Source of the DNA: a virus
Lineage: Duplodnaviria; Caudoviricetes
IMG/VR virus record: IMGVR_UViG_3300033153_005557
Coordinates: 1 to 55,111 of that record
Reading direction: 5' to 3' (one strand)
DNA length: 55,111 bases
A program made the translations under genes and the position numbers. This document shows, one piece after another, positions 38,153-47,610 of the stretch (its first letter is position 1; each line of letters opens with the position of its first letter). A model generated the notes under the pieces. The model saw only the letters and a program-made list of their open reading frames with translations. It was not told the DNA's origin and did not search any database.

Positions 38153-38932
38153 CTAGTCGTCTACTATTATTAACTCAAACCCCGCAGATACCGATTGGCC
38201 CGTTATTGCTGCATCTACTATTGCCGCCCGCATCTCAATATCGGACTTGGCCTCTATTTTTTCCGGTATGTCGTGGTGATGATACAAGTAGCTGGTGCCG
38301 TCTTCTATTAGGTCTGCCTTAAACTTAATCTTAAACACACCCCCGATTGGCTTTACTCGTAATTTTACATCTACCGGTGTTGCCTTTTTTGCGCCTTCCA
38401 GAGAAAACCAAAAATTAGTCATATAAGCAGTCTTGCCGTTTGGTACGGTATATATCGACATTAGCGTCTGATTATTGCCCGGCTGTATTATTGCTCTTAC
38501 GTCGGCTAACGTATCCGGCACGCCATTGGTTTCCCCATCGGTATCCTCATAGACGTAAATTGTACCGGCGTTGTCAGTGGCATTTTTGTTTTTAATCCTA
38601 AACACTCTCCGAAGCGGTGTGTCTAATGCCGTGAGTGTTTGTCCTGCTGCTGTGATGGTCTGGACTGTTAAATCCCAATTAACATCAAGCCCCTGAATTT
38701 CATAATCCTGCGTATCTCCATTGTCGCTTGACGATATGGCATCTATGTCCGCACCAGATGAATAGTTGTACTGCATTTCATTCAACCCGCCATCGTCGGC
38801 ACCATCCCATATCGTTACGGCTAAATCACTTGTATCAAAGTCGGGTGCTTCACCAAACTTGTGGACATAGGTTGTACCGGGTATATTTCCCTTCGCAATT
38901 TCAAGGCCGTAGCTTCTATTTAAGTGACTCAT
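38153..38932 (-). CDS. Putative virion structural protein
   Basis: LEIAKGNIPG..VHKFG..PD...IWDG motif, which I recall from phage structural proteins. Confidence 0.6.
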   Translation of the reverse strand: MSHLNRSYGLEIAKGNIPGTTYVHKFGEAPDFDTSDLAVTIWDGADDGGLNEMQYNYSSGADIDAISSSDNGDTQDYEIQGLDVNWDLTVQTITAAGQTLTALDTPLRRVFRIKNKNATDNAGTIYVYEDTDGETNGVPDTLADVRAIIQPGNNQTLMSIYTVPNGKTAYMTNFWFSLEGAKKATPVDVKLRVKPIGGVFKIKFKADLIEDGTSYLYHHHDIPEKIEAKSDIEMRAAIVDAAITGQSVSAGFELIIVDD

Positions 38933-38941
38933 ATCGTTCTC

Positions 38942-40624
38942 CTAAAATATCCAGTATTTAGTACCGTCAGAGTATATGCCTATTGCTTCATATTGAACTA
39001 AATCAAACGTATTATTGTTGTCGATAACCGTCCCACCGTCCACGTTGGCGTCAACGGTTACGGTGGCCGCGTTTATATTTTTTATCCAGTAGATTTTCTC
39101 GGCTACAGGAGACGGCAGGTCTACCGTAAACGCTACCGTAGCGTGATTGCATAACAAAGCAACGTCCGTCGCGGTTAAATCTGTGTTTGCTGTGACCGTC
39201 CTACCTTTTAGTTCTAAACCTTGGAGATTTGCTGTTGCCGACCCCGCCTGTGATATACCGCCTGTTGCAGAGAACTGTGTCTCATTCGTGTCGTCACCAA
39301 TAACAGCAGAAGCAAAAGAGCCTTTCCCGTCTTTATCTATGTTAGCAAGCAAATTATCATTCTCGTCGGTAATATCCAACATATTTGCTGTTTGGCTTGC
39401 AATCCCTTTAAGTTTTAATGGCCCTACGCCTGTTGCTTCTGTTTGGATTAACACCCTATAATTAGCAGAAGGAACAATGGCATTTGCAAAACTTGTGTGC
39501 CCTGCAATATCTATCCGGAAAAAATCCATACTAGCAAGTGGATTCCCTGCTAAAATTTCTGCAAGCTCTCTACCTTGGATACTAAATGTTTTATTAGCTC
39601 CACTATCTATTGGGAACATAAAAGCATTAGCATTAATACCTGTAGAAAGTCCAAGTGCATTGGGATTTGCTCCTGATGTCTTAGAAATAATGATACTAGC
39701 TTTTCCTCCTATTGATACTAATACATTATTTCCAAAAGTCCCTCCCCCGCCAACAGTCAAGTCACCGGCACCGGAAGCGTCAAACGTCAATCCGGCATGA
39801 GTTTTGGCCGCAAGGTCGCCATCTGTGGTGTCAAACATCGCTATAGAGCTTGTCGCATTTGTACCGGCCACAACCACTACCGTATCTGCCCTTGCTACCT
39901 GTAGCGTGCCGGAGTCAACGTACCCCCACTTCGTGTCTGTACCTGTCTGGTAGACAAGGTAATCAGTTGTGCCGACTGCTTGAGGAAGGTCGTATTCTCC
40001 ATTGATAGTAGTTGTGTCAACATTACTAGCACCAAGCTGTGTGTCATCACTTACAATCAAATCAGCATTTATGGTTACCGTATCATCGGTGCCTAGCAAT
40101 AGCTGGTCTACATTCCCCCCCACATAGATACTGATAGGGTGATTGTCGCCAGTACCGGCACTACTAGAGGCGATGATGTATTTATCTACTGCGTTATAAT
40201 AAATTCGCAACGCTTCAAAGTTATCGAACGAACCAGGCACCCCCTGTGCAAAAAGTTCATACGCTACCTCATTCCCGCCATCTCCTGTTTTTGGAAAGAG
40301 ACCGAGGGCTGATAGTGTATCTTCGGTTTGAGCAATCAGGGTAGCTTGACCGCCGCCACGAGTCGAAAGAATATAATCTTGATTACCGTCAATGGTTAGG
40401 CTAACGGCCTGTATAGCGTGCGAGAACGTCACCAGTCCGTCGCCTGCCGTCATGGTGGTGGACTGACCTGATACGTCAAAGGTCCAGACGTTAGAGGCGT
40501 TGGTGCCGTCACTCCATGTCGTAGCGTCGATGAGGGTGGAGTCCCAGCTAAACGTACGAGAAGACTCCGTTATGGGAGCCGCCGCCGAATATTTAACTAT
40601 TGGATGTATTCCGTTACCTGACAT
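38942..40624 (-). CDS. Tail fibre/spike-like protein, first gene of the late operon
   Basis: Thr/Gly-rich beta repeats. Terminal TVDLP...YWIKN...SDGTKYWI domain. Confidence 0.65.
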   Translation of the reverse strand: MSGNGIHPIVKYSAAAPITESSRTFSWDSTLIDATTWSDGTNASNVWTFDVSGQSTTMTAGDGLVTFSHAIQAVSLTIDGNQDYILSTRGGGQATLIAQTEDTLSALGLFPKTGDGGNEVAYELFAQGVPGSFDNFEALRIYYNAVDKYIIASSSAGTGDNHPISIYVGGNVDQLLLGTDDTVTINADLIVSDDTQLGASNVDTTTINGEYDLPQAVGTTDYLVYQTGTDTKWGYVDSGTLQVARADTVVVVAGTNATSSIAMFDTTDGDLAAKTHAGLTFDASGAGDLTVGGGGTFGNNVLVSIGGKASIIISKTSGANPNALGLSTGINANAFMFPIDSGANKTFSIQGRELAEILAGNPLASMDFFRIDIAGHTSFANAIVPSANYRVLIQTEATGVGPLKLKGIASQTANMLDITDENDNLLANIDKDGKGSFASAVIGDDTNETQFSATGGISQAGSATANLQGLELKGRTVTANTDLTATDVALLCNHATVAFTVDLPSPVAEKIYWIKNINAATVTVDANVDGGTVIDNNNTFDLVQYEAIGIYSDGTKYWIF

Positions 40625-40631
40625 CTTGTAT

Positions 40632-40659
40632 ATTATACCCTTTTTCTGCTGTTTGTCAA
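40632..40659 (-). promoter_or_regulatory. Consensus sigma70 promoter, probably giving a leaderless mRNA
   Basis: TTGACA-16 nt-TATAAT, with the ATG 7 nt downstream and no Shine-Dalgarno. Confidence 0.75.
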
Positions 40660-40723
40660 ATTATTTTACAGCTAGTGGTTATGTATTGTCCGTTAAAAAT
40701 AATAAATTCATCATAACCACCAT

Positions 40724-40760
40724 AAAAAAAGGCGATAGCCGCCCGAAGGTAACTACCGCC
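40724..40760 (-). terminator. Intrinsic terminator ending the replication operon
   Basis: GGCGGTAGTTACC-TTCG-GGCGGCTATCGCC followed by T7. Confidence 0.85.
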
Positions 40761-40775
40761 AATTACAATGGAGAC

Positions 40776-41447
40776 CTACAATGAACTACTCTCGTTATGT
40801 AACAATTTTTTTTGTACTCGTGTGAAATTCTGTACGATCATATTACCCAATGATGGGTGTAGATCATCTGGGTTTAGTTTATTCCAGTGTATATCCGGAT
40901 ATTCTGTATGACTGAATGTTAGTATTTCCGGAAAAGCAACCAACAACACAATAAATACCGCTTCCGTGCACCAGACGTAGTTTTTCCGCCCCGGTATGAT
41001 TCTTCGTTTGGATATAAATGACAGCACAACACGGCTTGTGTCGTATTTAAAGGGGTTAGGACCGCGGTAGCAGAAACCTGATAACTGTAAATCATTTTTC
41101 CATAGGCTAGAACTAAATATATCATCATAAGTCCAATTTATCATCCCCATCATATCTGCCATCTTGCACGCCTTAGTGAACATATTGCTCTCTTGTTCCA
41201 CAGTTACCCACAACTTAACAGAACACCACCTCTCGGGATGAGAGTATCCGATCATCTTGAACCGAGCACACTTACAGCCATCTTTCAGTGTGGCGGAGAA
41301 AGATATACCTCCGTACCTCTCAGAGAACTGTATCTCTGTGTGTGTTAACTCGCTGCGTAGATTGATTAAGCGGTCCGTCTTTGACTTCTTTTTACCGTAC
41401 AAAGCGGCCATTATTGGGTTATATGAGTGTATTGTTATATACGACAT
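40776..41447 (-). CDS. Permuted papain-like (NlpC/P60 superfamily) protein
   Basis: His before Cys: THTEI...KYD...WCTE. Confidence 0.6.
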   Translation of the reverse strand: MSYITIHSYNPIMAALYGKKKSKTDRLINLRSELTHTEIQFSERYGGISFSATLKDGCKCARFKMIGYSHPERWCSVKLWVTVEQESNMFTKACKMADMMGMINWTYDDIFSSSLWKNDLQLSGFCYRGPNPFKYDTSRVVLSFISKRRIIPGRKNYVWCTEAVFIVLLVAFPEILTFSHTEYPDIHWNKLNPDDLHPSLGNMIVQNFTRVQKKLLHNESSSL

Positions 41448-42223
41448 TCTATAGCTTCCTTTAAATGTTCATTGTTTTCCGCCCACTCTCGGGCATCTTT
41501 GCACTCTACTAACGGCATTATTACGGTTGCTTCGCCCTGGAGCGTCCTGCTTAGCTTGTAAGCTTCTTTTAACCCAAGGCTGTCTTTGTCCCGATCTGCG
41601 ATAATAACGGCTCTACACGTCCCCAGCAGCTTACACAGTATAAACTGACACGTAGACGCTGACGCCCTGCCCACTACGTTATAACCCAAGTCCAGCATTG
41701 CCGCGGTGTCCGACTCTCCCTCGCATATTATGACGGCGGAAGAAGTAACAAACGTTGACGGCAAGTATACACCAAGCCGAGAATGGCGCACACACCACTT
41801 CTTTTCTTGCAGATTTCGTCGCTTTATACCGATCATTTGCCGTTTTGCGTCGTACATAGGAAAGTCCCATGCCCTATCAGACTTGCCAACCCCAAGGCAG
41901 CGTAAGGAGTATACACTAACCTTGAGGTGTCTGGCAAGCGGTAGTAATGCCTGCGAGCTAAAATTTAGCCCTTTGTACACAGACCGAATATGAGCAAAGT
42001 TGGGCTTATACAGTTTGCTCTTTACTACCTTGATTGGCGACGTCATCGCGGATGTTACATCATGGATAAAGCCGCACTTATACGTCTTTATGGCTCCGTG
42101 TTCCACTTTTGTACATAGAACACGCTCACCGTTGTCACTGACCATACAATACTTGATACGGCCGCATACCGGACACGGCATACGTACGGTACAGCGATTG
42201 TAGTTATATCTACCTAATTTCAT
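41435..42223 (-). CDS. DNA primase (Zn finger plus TOPRIM)
   Basis: CPVCG...C, ICEGESD, IIADRD, KDAREW. Confidence 0.85.
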   Translation of the reverse strand: MKLGRYNYNRCTVRMPCPVCGRIKYCMVSDNGERVLCTKVEHGAIKTYKCGFIHDVTSAMTSPIKVVKSKLYKPNFAHIRSVYKGLNFSSQALLPLARHLKVSVYSLRCLGVGKSDRAWDFPMYDAKRQMIGIKRRNLQEKKWCVRHSRLGVYLPSTFVTSSAVIICEGESDTAAMLDLGYNVVGRASASTCQFILCKLLGTCRAVIIADRDKDSLGLKEAYKLSRTLQGEATVIMPLVECKDAREWAENNEHLKEAIECRI

Positions 42224-42672
42224 GCATATTCCTGTATAGCCATATGCGTTGAAGCATCAGCACTCCAATTCTTTGACGCATTTACGTCAACAACCAGCTT
42301 ATCGTCAACATAAAGGTGTTTATTGCACGCATCCAGCACAAATTTAATAAGATTGTCGATGTCCGGAATCTGTGTATGGAAGTCCGGAGCATTGTCTTTC
42401 ATGAACTTACTATTTTTCCCCGTTCCGTAGTGTCCTTTTGGTCGTGCAAAGTTAAAAGACAAGAAGACTCTGCAAGCAGTGTCAAATGGTTCGAACTTTT
42501 CCGGTAACCTCTGTTTGACCAAAGAAAGGAAAACTGCTTTGTCCTTTGCGGACGGGTCGTACGTCATTGCTTTTCCGCCTCGCATGAATTGCCGATGTCT
42601 TTTTAGCGGCAACGGTTTCCCCGGTATCACCAGTTGTATCTGTTTCATCTCTGTCTCCAATAAAATTTTCAC
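42220..42672 (-). CDS. rusA: RusA Holliday junction resolvase
   Basis: IPGKP, RPK, PDIDNLIKFVLDA, DDKLV. Confidence 0.9.
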   Translation of the reverse strand: MKILLETEMKQIQLVIPGKPLPLKRHRQFMRGGKAMTYDPSAKDKAVFLSLVKQRLPEKFEPFDTACRVFLSFNFARPKGHYGTGKNSKFMKDNAPDFHTQIPDIDNLIKFVLDACNKHLYVDDKLVVDVNASKNWSADASTHMAIQEYA

Positions 42673-42779
42673 AGTCGCCGTTTTTGGGATAACGTGATAT
42701 TGCTTTTCCGGTTAATCCACAATATCTGCCATGTCCGTATACCTCAACAAGCTTGCATTTCATACATAATATCATTGAT

Positions 42780-42983
42780 TCAGGCATCTACAATCTCCAC
42801 TTCTTCCCATGCGGCGAGATGAACAATCTTTCCTGCACTATCGTGGCAGAACGAGTACATTCCGTCAATATGATGGAATTTTATTACCTCACCGGCTGAT
42901 ATAATTGGTGCTGCGGGTGGTATAACCGCTTCTTCGCTTATCACCCTGACATTAGTTTCTTGTGGGACTTCGTATAGTTTCAT
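42780..42983 (-). CDS. Small hypothetical protein
   Basis: MKLYEV...FHHIDGMYSFC with ATGA coupling. Confidence 0.7.
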   Translation of the reverse strand: MKLYEVPQETNVRVISEEAVIPPAAPIISAGEVIKFHHIDGMYSFCHDSAGKIVHLAAWEEVEIVDA

Positions 42984-43846
42984 TGTCTCTCCCTTTTAAC
43001 AATCGGACCGTGTTCGGTCATGGTTAAGTTCTTATGTTCAAACGTATACGCCAGCCGTACGCCCTGTCCACGTCCGTTACGGGCCTTAAGAACGTGTATG
43101 GTGCGGTTATGTTCATAGTCTACCGCACCTATTGACGTCTGTACACGGCTTTCTTTCGGTTCATGCCATTCAAGCCAGAGAACACTTTGTGCAAACCGGC
43201 TGTATGAGGCGGAACCAGCCAGAGACGCCATATCCGGTCTGTCACCGATCACCTTTGTTGGGTGTGTCACAAGCAGCATGGAGCATTTATACTTGACCGC
43301 AGCCCGTTTGATTCGTTGCAAAAATACATTTTCTTCAACCCAGGGCTTTCCGTTAACACAAGGAACAGCGGTTATCGGATCAACACAAATGACTCGATAT
43401 CCCTCCTTGGCTCTTGCCTCACACCATCTTGCAACATCACCCAACTCTGGCAATACTTCTGATGTCCACATACTCTTCGCAAATTCGTCGATAAACTCCG
43501 TGTTGTCTTCGATTATGCGGCTTGCCTGCTCGTAGTTCTCGTTGACCCAGGTGATATCAGAGATGCCCGACAAGTCTGATTTCTGAGCAAGTACCCGAAG
43601 TGTATGAAACTCTTTATCCTCTTCTAGCTCGTATACGCACGCTTTTATACCTTCACTGTGCCAGTGTAATAGACATTGCAGTATCATAAAACTCTTTGAA
43701 GCTCCCGGTGTGCCGCACAATAGTGTGGTCGTACCGGGTAGCAATGCCTTGCTGGCATTGGTCAGCACCGTCCACGGGAACGGTATTTCACAATAATCTC
43801 CCGTAGATATGTCTTTTATACGAGCGGAAAGAGATTTTGATATCAT
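42980..43846 (-). CDS. DnaB-like (SF4) replicative helicase domain
   Basis: GTPGASKS, YELEE, ICVDP, LVTHPTK, LAGSA, KARNG. Confidence 0.85.
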   Translation of the reverse strand: MISKSLSARIKDISTGDYCEIPFPWTVLTNASKALLPGTTTLLCGTPGASKSFMILQCLLHWHSEGIKACVYELEEDKEFHTLRVLAQKSDLSGISDITWVNENYEQASRIIEDNTEFIDEFAKSMWTSEVLPELGDVARWCEARAKEGYRVICVDPITAVPCVNGKPWVEENVFLQRIKRAAVKYKCSMLLVTHPTKVIGDRPDMASLAGSASYSRFAQSVLWLEWHEPKESRVQTSIGAVDYEHNRTIHVLKARNGRGQGVRLAYTFEHKNLTMTEHGPIVKRERQ

Positions 43847-44511
43847 TTATTGTCCTTCCTGATAGCGGCGAGGGCGTTGGTGGCTATAATATCACAGTCA
43901 CAGAAATCTCCCACACCTCTTTTAGCAAGCCTCTCCAACGCCTTCACCGCCGTCTTGAGCTTTTCGGCCATTACAGATTTGTTAATCTCGCCTTGCAGGT
44001 CTGGATGTGACAGGCCATTTTCTCGGTGGTATAGGACTAGGTTGAGTTTCTTGTTTTCCTCCACCGCCGCGTCGAGCTTGGCTTCAGTAGCCGTCAGTTG
44101 CCCGTGGACTTCATGCCACAACTCGTTTTTAAACTCCCATTGCTCTTTGTATCCCTGTGAAACCAAAGACAGTTCTTCATTAGTCGCCACCGCCGTCTTG
44201 AGTTGGGATTGGAGGGAACGGATGTCTTCCAGCATTTTATAAGCTGTTTTGATATGCGACTTCGCACTGAGTTCATGTGCCTTTATTAAATTGCAATACT
44301 CAAATTCGTATTTTTCTTGAGTACCTTCCATGTTTAGCTCCTTTTCCGCAAGTCTCTTTTTCTGAGACAATTCTATTTCTTCTTTAGTTCTGGCTATTTG
44401 CTCAAGCCAAGAATGCCCACAATGGCGACAGAAAGTGCATGACGCCTCTATCCACCTTAAACATCTATCGCATTGTATCGCTCTCATCGTCCACCTCCAC
44501 AAAACGGACAT
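43843..44511 (-). CDS. Coiled-coil protein with Zn ribbon
   Basis: CxxC pairs and a repeated KLKTAV coiled coil. Start uncertain. Confidence 0.55.
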   Translation of the reverse strand: MSVLWRWTMRAIQCDRCLRWIEASCTFCRHCGHSWLEQIARTKEEIELSQKKRLAEKELNMEGTQEKYEFEYCNLIKAHELSAKSHIKTAYKMLEDIRSLQSQLKTAVATNEELSLVSQGYKEQWEFKNELWHEVHGQLTATEAKLDAAVEENKKLNLVLYHRENGLSHPDLQGEINKSVMAEKLKTAVKALERLAKRGVGDFCDCDIIATNALAAIRKDNK

Positions 44512-44536
44512 TTTTTACTCTCGGTATTAGGCATTG

Positions 44537-44755
44537 TTATTTCCTTTTTGCTTCAATAGTAGCAAAAAATTCTTCGGGTGTCATAATTTTACCCATATAT
44601 TTCACTTCAACCATGTCCACGCCGATTACGGGTTTTGTAAAGACCGGGCGAGAAGCAATGGTGTTTTTTAGGGTTTCTATCCTACTAAGCATATCAGAGA
44701 CAATTTGATCAAACTCGTTGGCGTTTTTGGTTAGCCGTTCCCTAAACCGTTTCAT
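44537..44755 (-). CDS. Hypothetical protein
   Basis: GGGGGAG RBS before MKRFRE. Confidence 0.55.
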   Translation of the reverse strand: MKRFRERLTKNANEFDQIVSDMLSRIETLKNTIASRPVFTKPVIGVDMVEVKYMGKIMTPEEFFATIEAKRK

Positions 44756-45173
44756 CACTCCCCCCTTCCCCTGCACACAAACACGCAGCTTTGATATAGT
44801 GGATGGGTTCGCCTGAAATAACAAAATGATACATTGTATATCTCAGCTTTGATGTGAAACTCCACTTAACATACTTTCTTTCAGGGACCATTGACATATA
44901 AACTTCTATCAAGGCGTCACGGAACTTATCGCTACCATACTTCTCCACGCACCAATCTCGCCACTTCATAGCTTCGGGCCATGTGAGGGGGACGGGGTCG
45001 GGTTCAATACAGCCAGCCTTTACTGCCATCGTCTGTTCTGTAATGACGTTACATTTTATACAAAAAAGTTCCCCCGAATAATCGTGTTCCCATAGTTCCG
45101 GTGGGATGAGTATTCTCGCCGCAATCCTCGGCAGGCTTTCTTCTGTGGCTTGGATTATTTGGTCTGGTTTCAT
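44742..45173 (-). CDS. Hypothetical protein
   Basis: ATGA coupling with the 3D-domain gene. Contains CxxC. Confidence 0.6.
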   Translation of the reverse strand: MKPDQIIQATEESLPRIAARILIPPELWEHDYSGELFCIKCNVITEQTMAVKAGCIEPDPVPLTWPEAMKWRDWCVEKYGSDKFRDALIEVYMSMVPERKYVKWSFTSKLRYTMYHFVISGEPIHYIKAACLCAGEGGSDETV

Positions 45174-45544
45174 TGTGTTGGCCTTTCTACTTTTACCATT
45201 ATCGTTCTGCGCCCCCATTCCAACGCCTCTTGGTGAGTGGGAAATAGGAGGTCCAGCTTGTTCCCTTTAATCGCGCCGCCACGGTCTTGACAAACGTATA
45301 CGACGCCGTCTACGGTGAACTTTGTACCAAAGGGATATTTTAGGTCGGCTGCACAGATTAAGCCTTCTGCGGGCACACCAGAGGCCGTTATACCGTCACT
45401 CCATTCACCACAGCAACACGGACCGCTGCAATACGCTGTAATTTCCATTTCTATAACGTTGCTCTGTAATGCTATAAGTGCTATTGGGGCCAATATCAAC
45501 ATACCTAGCCAAAATACCAATCCACTCAAAGGTGTATCATTCAT
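45170..45544 (-). CDS. Membrane-anchored 3D (Asp-Asp-Asp) domain protein, lytic transglycosylase-like
   Basis: ITAYC...GITASG...AAD..YPFGT...QDRGGAIKGNKLDL...EALEWG. Confidence 0.85.
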   Translation of the reverse strand: MNDTPLSGLVFWLGMLILAPIALIALQSNVIEMEITAYCSGPCCCGEWSDGITASGVPAEGLICAADLKYPFGTKFTVDGVVYVCQDRGGAIKGNKLDLLFPTHQEALEWGRRTIMVKVERPTQ

Positions 45545-45658
45545 CTCTTTTTCCTTAAATTCTTTGATATTAACCAACAAAACAGCACATACAGTGCTAT
45601 TAACGCCCAACAGACAATCTTGTCTGTATCCATACGCCTTCCTGTTACTCAGGGTGTT

Positions 45659-46084
45659 CTATAATAATTCTTTTGCACGTGCCTGGCTGATCGTTTTAGA
45701 CGCCGCCTCCGGTTCCACCGCCTCTTCTATCTCATTCTCCCACTCTGCTCCGTTTAGCCATACGGACGGATGCGGGATGTATTTCTTTAACCCGTCCGCG
45801 GTCGGAGACAACCGACCACCGAATTTAGATTGCAGCTTTACGGCGGTAAGAATGGTCTCAAACAGCCCATTCCCGAATTCTCCCTCCTTATGTAGACGTA
45901 GCCATACCTTCATGGCTCCCTTACGGCCGACATGACGCGTGTAGAGCTTATAAAACACATTAAAGGTAGATTCTACGTCGTCGGGGAGTTTCTTGGTTCT
46001 ACGGGCCTCCAGACGCCTCCAACGATGTATCTCTTTTTTCATTTCGTCGATGGTCATGTCTTCTGGTTTTATCGGTTTAGGCAT
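45659..46084 (-). CDS. Phage replication initiator/replisome organizer C-terminal-like protein
   Basis: F..FYKLY.R.VGRK.A.K.W...YIPHPSVWLN..EWENE. Confidence 0.7.
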   Translation of the reverse strand: MPKPIKPEDMTIDEMKKEIHRWRRLEARRTKKLPDDVESTFNVFYKLYTRHVGRKGAMKVWLRLHKEGEFGNGLFETILTAVKLQSKFGGRLSPTADGLKKYIPHPSVWLNGAEWENEIEEAVEPEAASKTISQARAKELL

Positions 46085-46386
46085 TATGCTATCCGCTTTC
46101 CGTTAACTTTATCATCTGATATATCAAAATATTTACCATAAAACTTTTGTAATCTTTTTACGGTTATAGGCATATAGCTACGATCAAGCTTCGTTTTGCT
46201 CCCGTTAGAGTAATCATCCTGTGACCCAGCAGTTTGAACAAAAGCAGCCCGATGTGAATAAAATACAGCACCACATTTATTACACCGATAAACTATAGCC
46301 ATATTATACGGCATATCTTTTGGGTTATACCACGACATTGAATCAATAGAGCTATAAATCTTACATTTGCACTTAAATGGCCACAT
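46084..46386 (-). CDS. Hypothetical protein (CxxC), AT-rich
   Basis: TAATG coupling on both sides. Confidence 0.6.
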   Translation of the reverse strand: MWPFKCKCKIYSSIDSMSWYNPKDMPYNMAIVYRCNKCGAVFYSHRAAFVQTAGSQDDYSNGSKTKLDRSYMPITVKRLQKFYGKYFDISDDKVNGKRIA

Positions 46387-46715
46387 TATATAGTCCTTAT
46401 ATTCTTTTCAGTAATTTTTATACAATGATGCAGTAAACCGGCTCTGTCTAAGTCATACACGCTGTGTGGGTTCGTAAGCCCGAGAAATTTCATTATATCT
46501 GTCATAACCATACCGTATGCCCGTATATACTTAGTATCGTTCTTGCAATACCGTTGGCGTTGAAACTCTTCCGGGTTGTCCAGAAATATTTGTAACCGAC
46601 CCCGCTTATGCAGATCGGAGTACGACTGACGTGTACCACCCCATTTCTCTGCCATCTCTGCCGCGGTCATGCCGTACAGCCTTCTGTACTTTGACGTATG
46701 CTTTTTTATGCCCAT
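46386..46715 (-). CDS. Tandem HTH DNA-binding protein
   Basis: Two repeats of KY.R.YGM...M...G......DL...G.L. GAAAGGA RBS. Confidence 0.65.
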   Translation of the reverse strand: MGIKKHTSKYRRLYGMTAAEMAEKWGGTRQSYSDLHKRGRLQIFLDNPEEFQRQRYCKNDTKYIRAYGMVMTDIMKFLGLTNPHSVYDLDRAGLLHHCIKITEKNIRTI

Positions 46716-46765
46716 ACTGTTTGTCCTTTCTTGATAGACCGAGTTTAACTGGGTTAACCCCAGCT

Positions 46766-46939
46766 ACGATATCGAGGCGAAGCCTTTGTATATTGTAACC
46801 AGTAGCAGTTCACAACCAACTCTACCCTCCAGCATTGTTTACCCAGCAAGCAGGACAATTGGTGAGGTTTCACATTACCACCAAAGTCTCGTATGTCCAT
46901 TCGTCAGGAATAGCGTAGTCGTTAGGCTTTTTTCGATAT
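46766..46939 (-). ncRNA. Candidate ~175-nt structured RNA
   Basis: Closing helices ATATCGA/TCGATAT and AGCCT/AGGCT, nested GGACA/TGTCC and TTGGTG/CACCAA. Confidence 0.35.
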
Positions 46940-46952
46940 TAACTTTTTATTT

Positions 46953-47064
46953 TGGTGGAGGCACCCTTGTATCTGGTATCAATTAATAGGGTCTTTTAGT
47001 CTCACGGTAGGCAGGCAAGATAATTAATCGTGTCCACCACGGTAGGGTCTAACCAGAAACCTCC
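46953..47064 (-). ncRNA. Candidate tRNA-like structured RNA ending in ACCA
   Basis: 5' GGAGGT pairs with 3' GCCTCC followed by ACCA, and inner TCTGGT pairs with ACCAGA. No canonical T-loop or anticodon arm. Confidence 0.35.
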
Positions 47065-47075
47065 ATATTAACTTT

Positions 47076-47351
47076 TTAACCTTTTTTAGTGGCTGCATCT
47101 TCTATAGCAGTCATTACTTGGCGGATACCAATTTCTGTATAGCCACTATATCTATCATAGTAGTCTCGTTCATGTAACAACGGACTTATCAAGTCTTTTA
47201 ACTCTGCCACGGAAAACACTACTTTGTCCATTTCGGTACTGCGAACTGCTTGTAATTTTTCAATTTCAGTATTCGATTCTGCTCTAATTTTGCTTATTAG
47301 AGCATCAATACGAGTTACGATTGTTTTAGGTGCTACCTTCGGTTTTACCAT
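47076..47351 (-). CDS. Hypothetical protein
   Basis: GAAAGGA RBS. Confidence 0.65.
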   Translation of the reverse strand: MVKPKVAPKTIVTRIDALISKIRAESNTEIEKLQAVRSTEMDKVVFSVAELKDLISPLLHERDYYDRYSGYTEIGIRQVMTAIEDAATKKG

Positions 47352-47564
47352 ATATTCCTTTCTTTCTCCCTAAAGCCAAGGGCACGCGTGAACGTACCCC
47401 TGGCTCTTTAGAGGAGGTGATATGTTCGGTATTGCACCGAACGTGTGATAGGAAAATGCATCTGTAAAAAAAGCCCGATGTGGCATGTGCGAGACCCCAA
47501 TCGAGCTAATTTTTAACTGGGCATCTTGTCCCAGTAATATTTTATTGTGATTCGCACATATCAT

Positions 47565-47610
47565 ATTACATAATATACACTACATTTTTCGTGATGCAAA
47601 CTATTTTTTC
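47565..47610 (-). promoter_or_regulatory. Putative sigma70 promoter
   Basis: TTGCAT-16-TATATT (or 18 nt to TATTAT) with an A-rich upstream element. Confidence 0.45.

Noticed and set aside
46953-47064. tmRNA gene
   Set aside because: Too short, with no T-arm, no G3-U70 pair and no tag reading frame. Kept only as a tRNA-like candidate.
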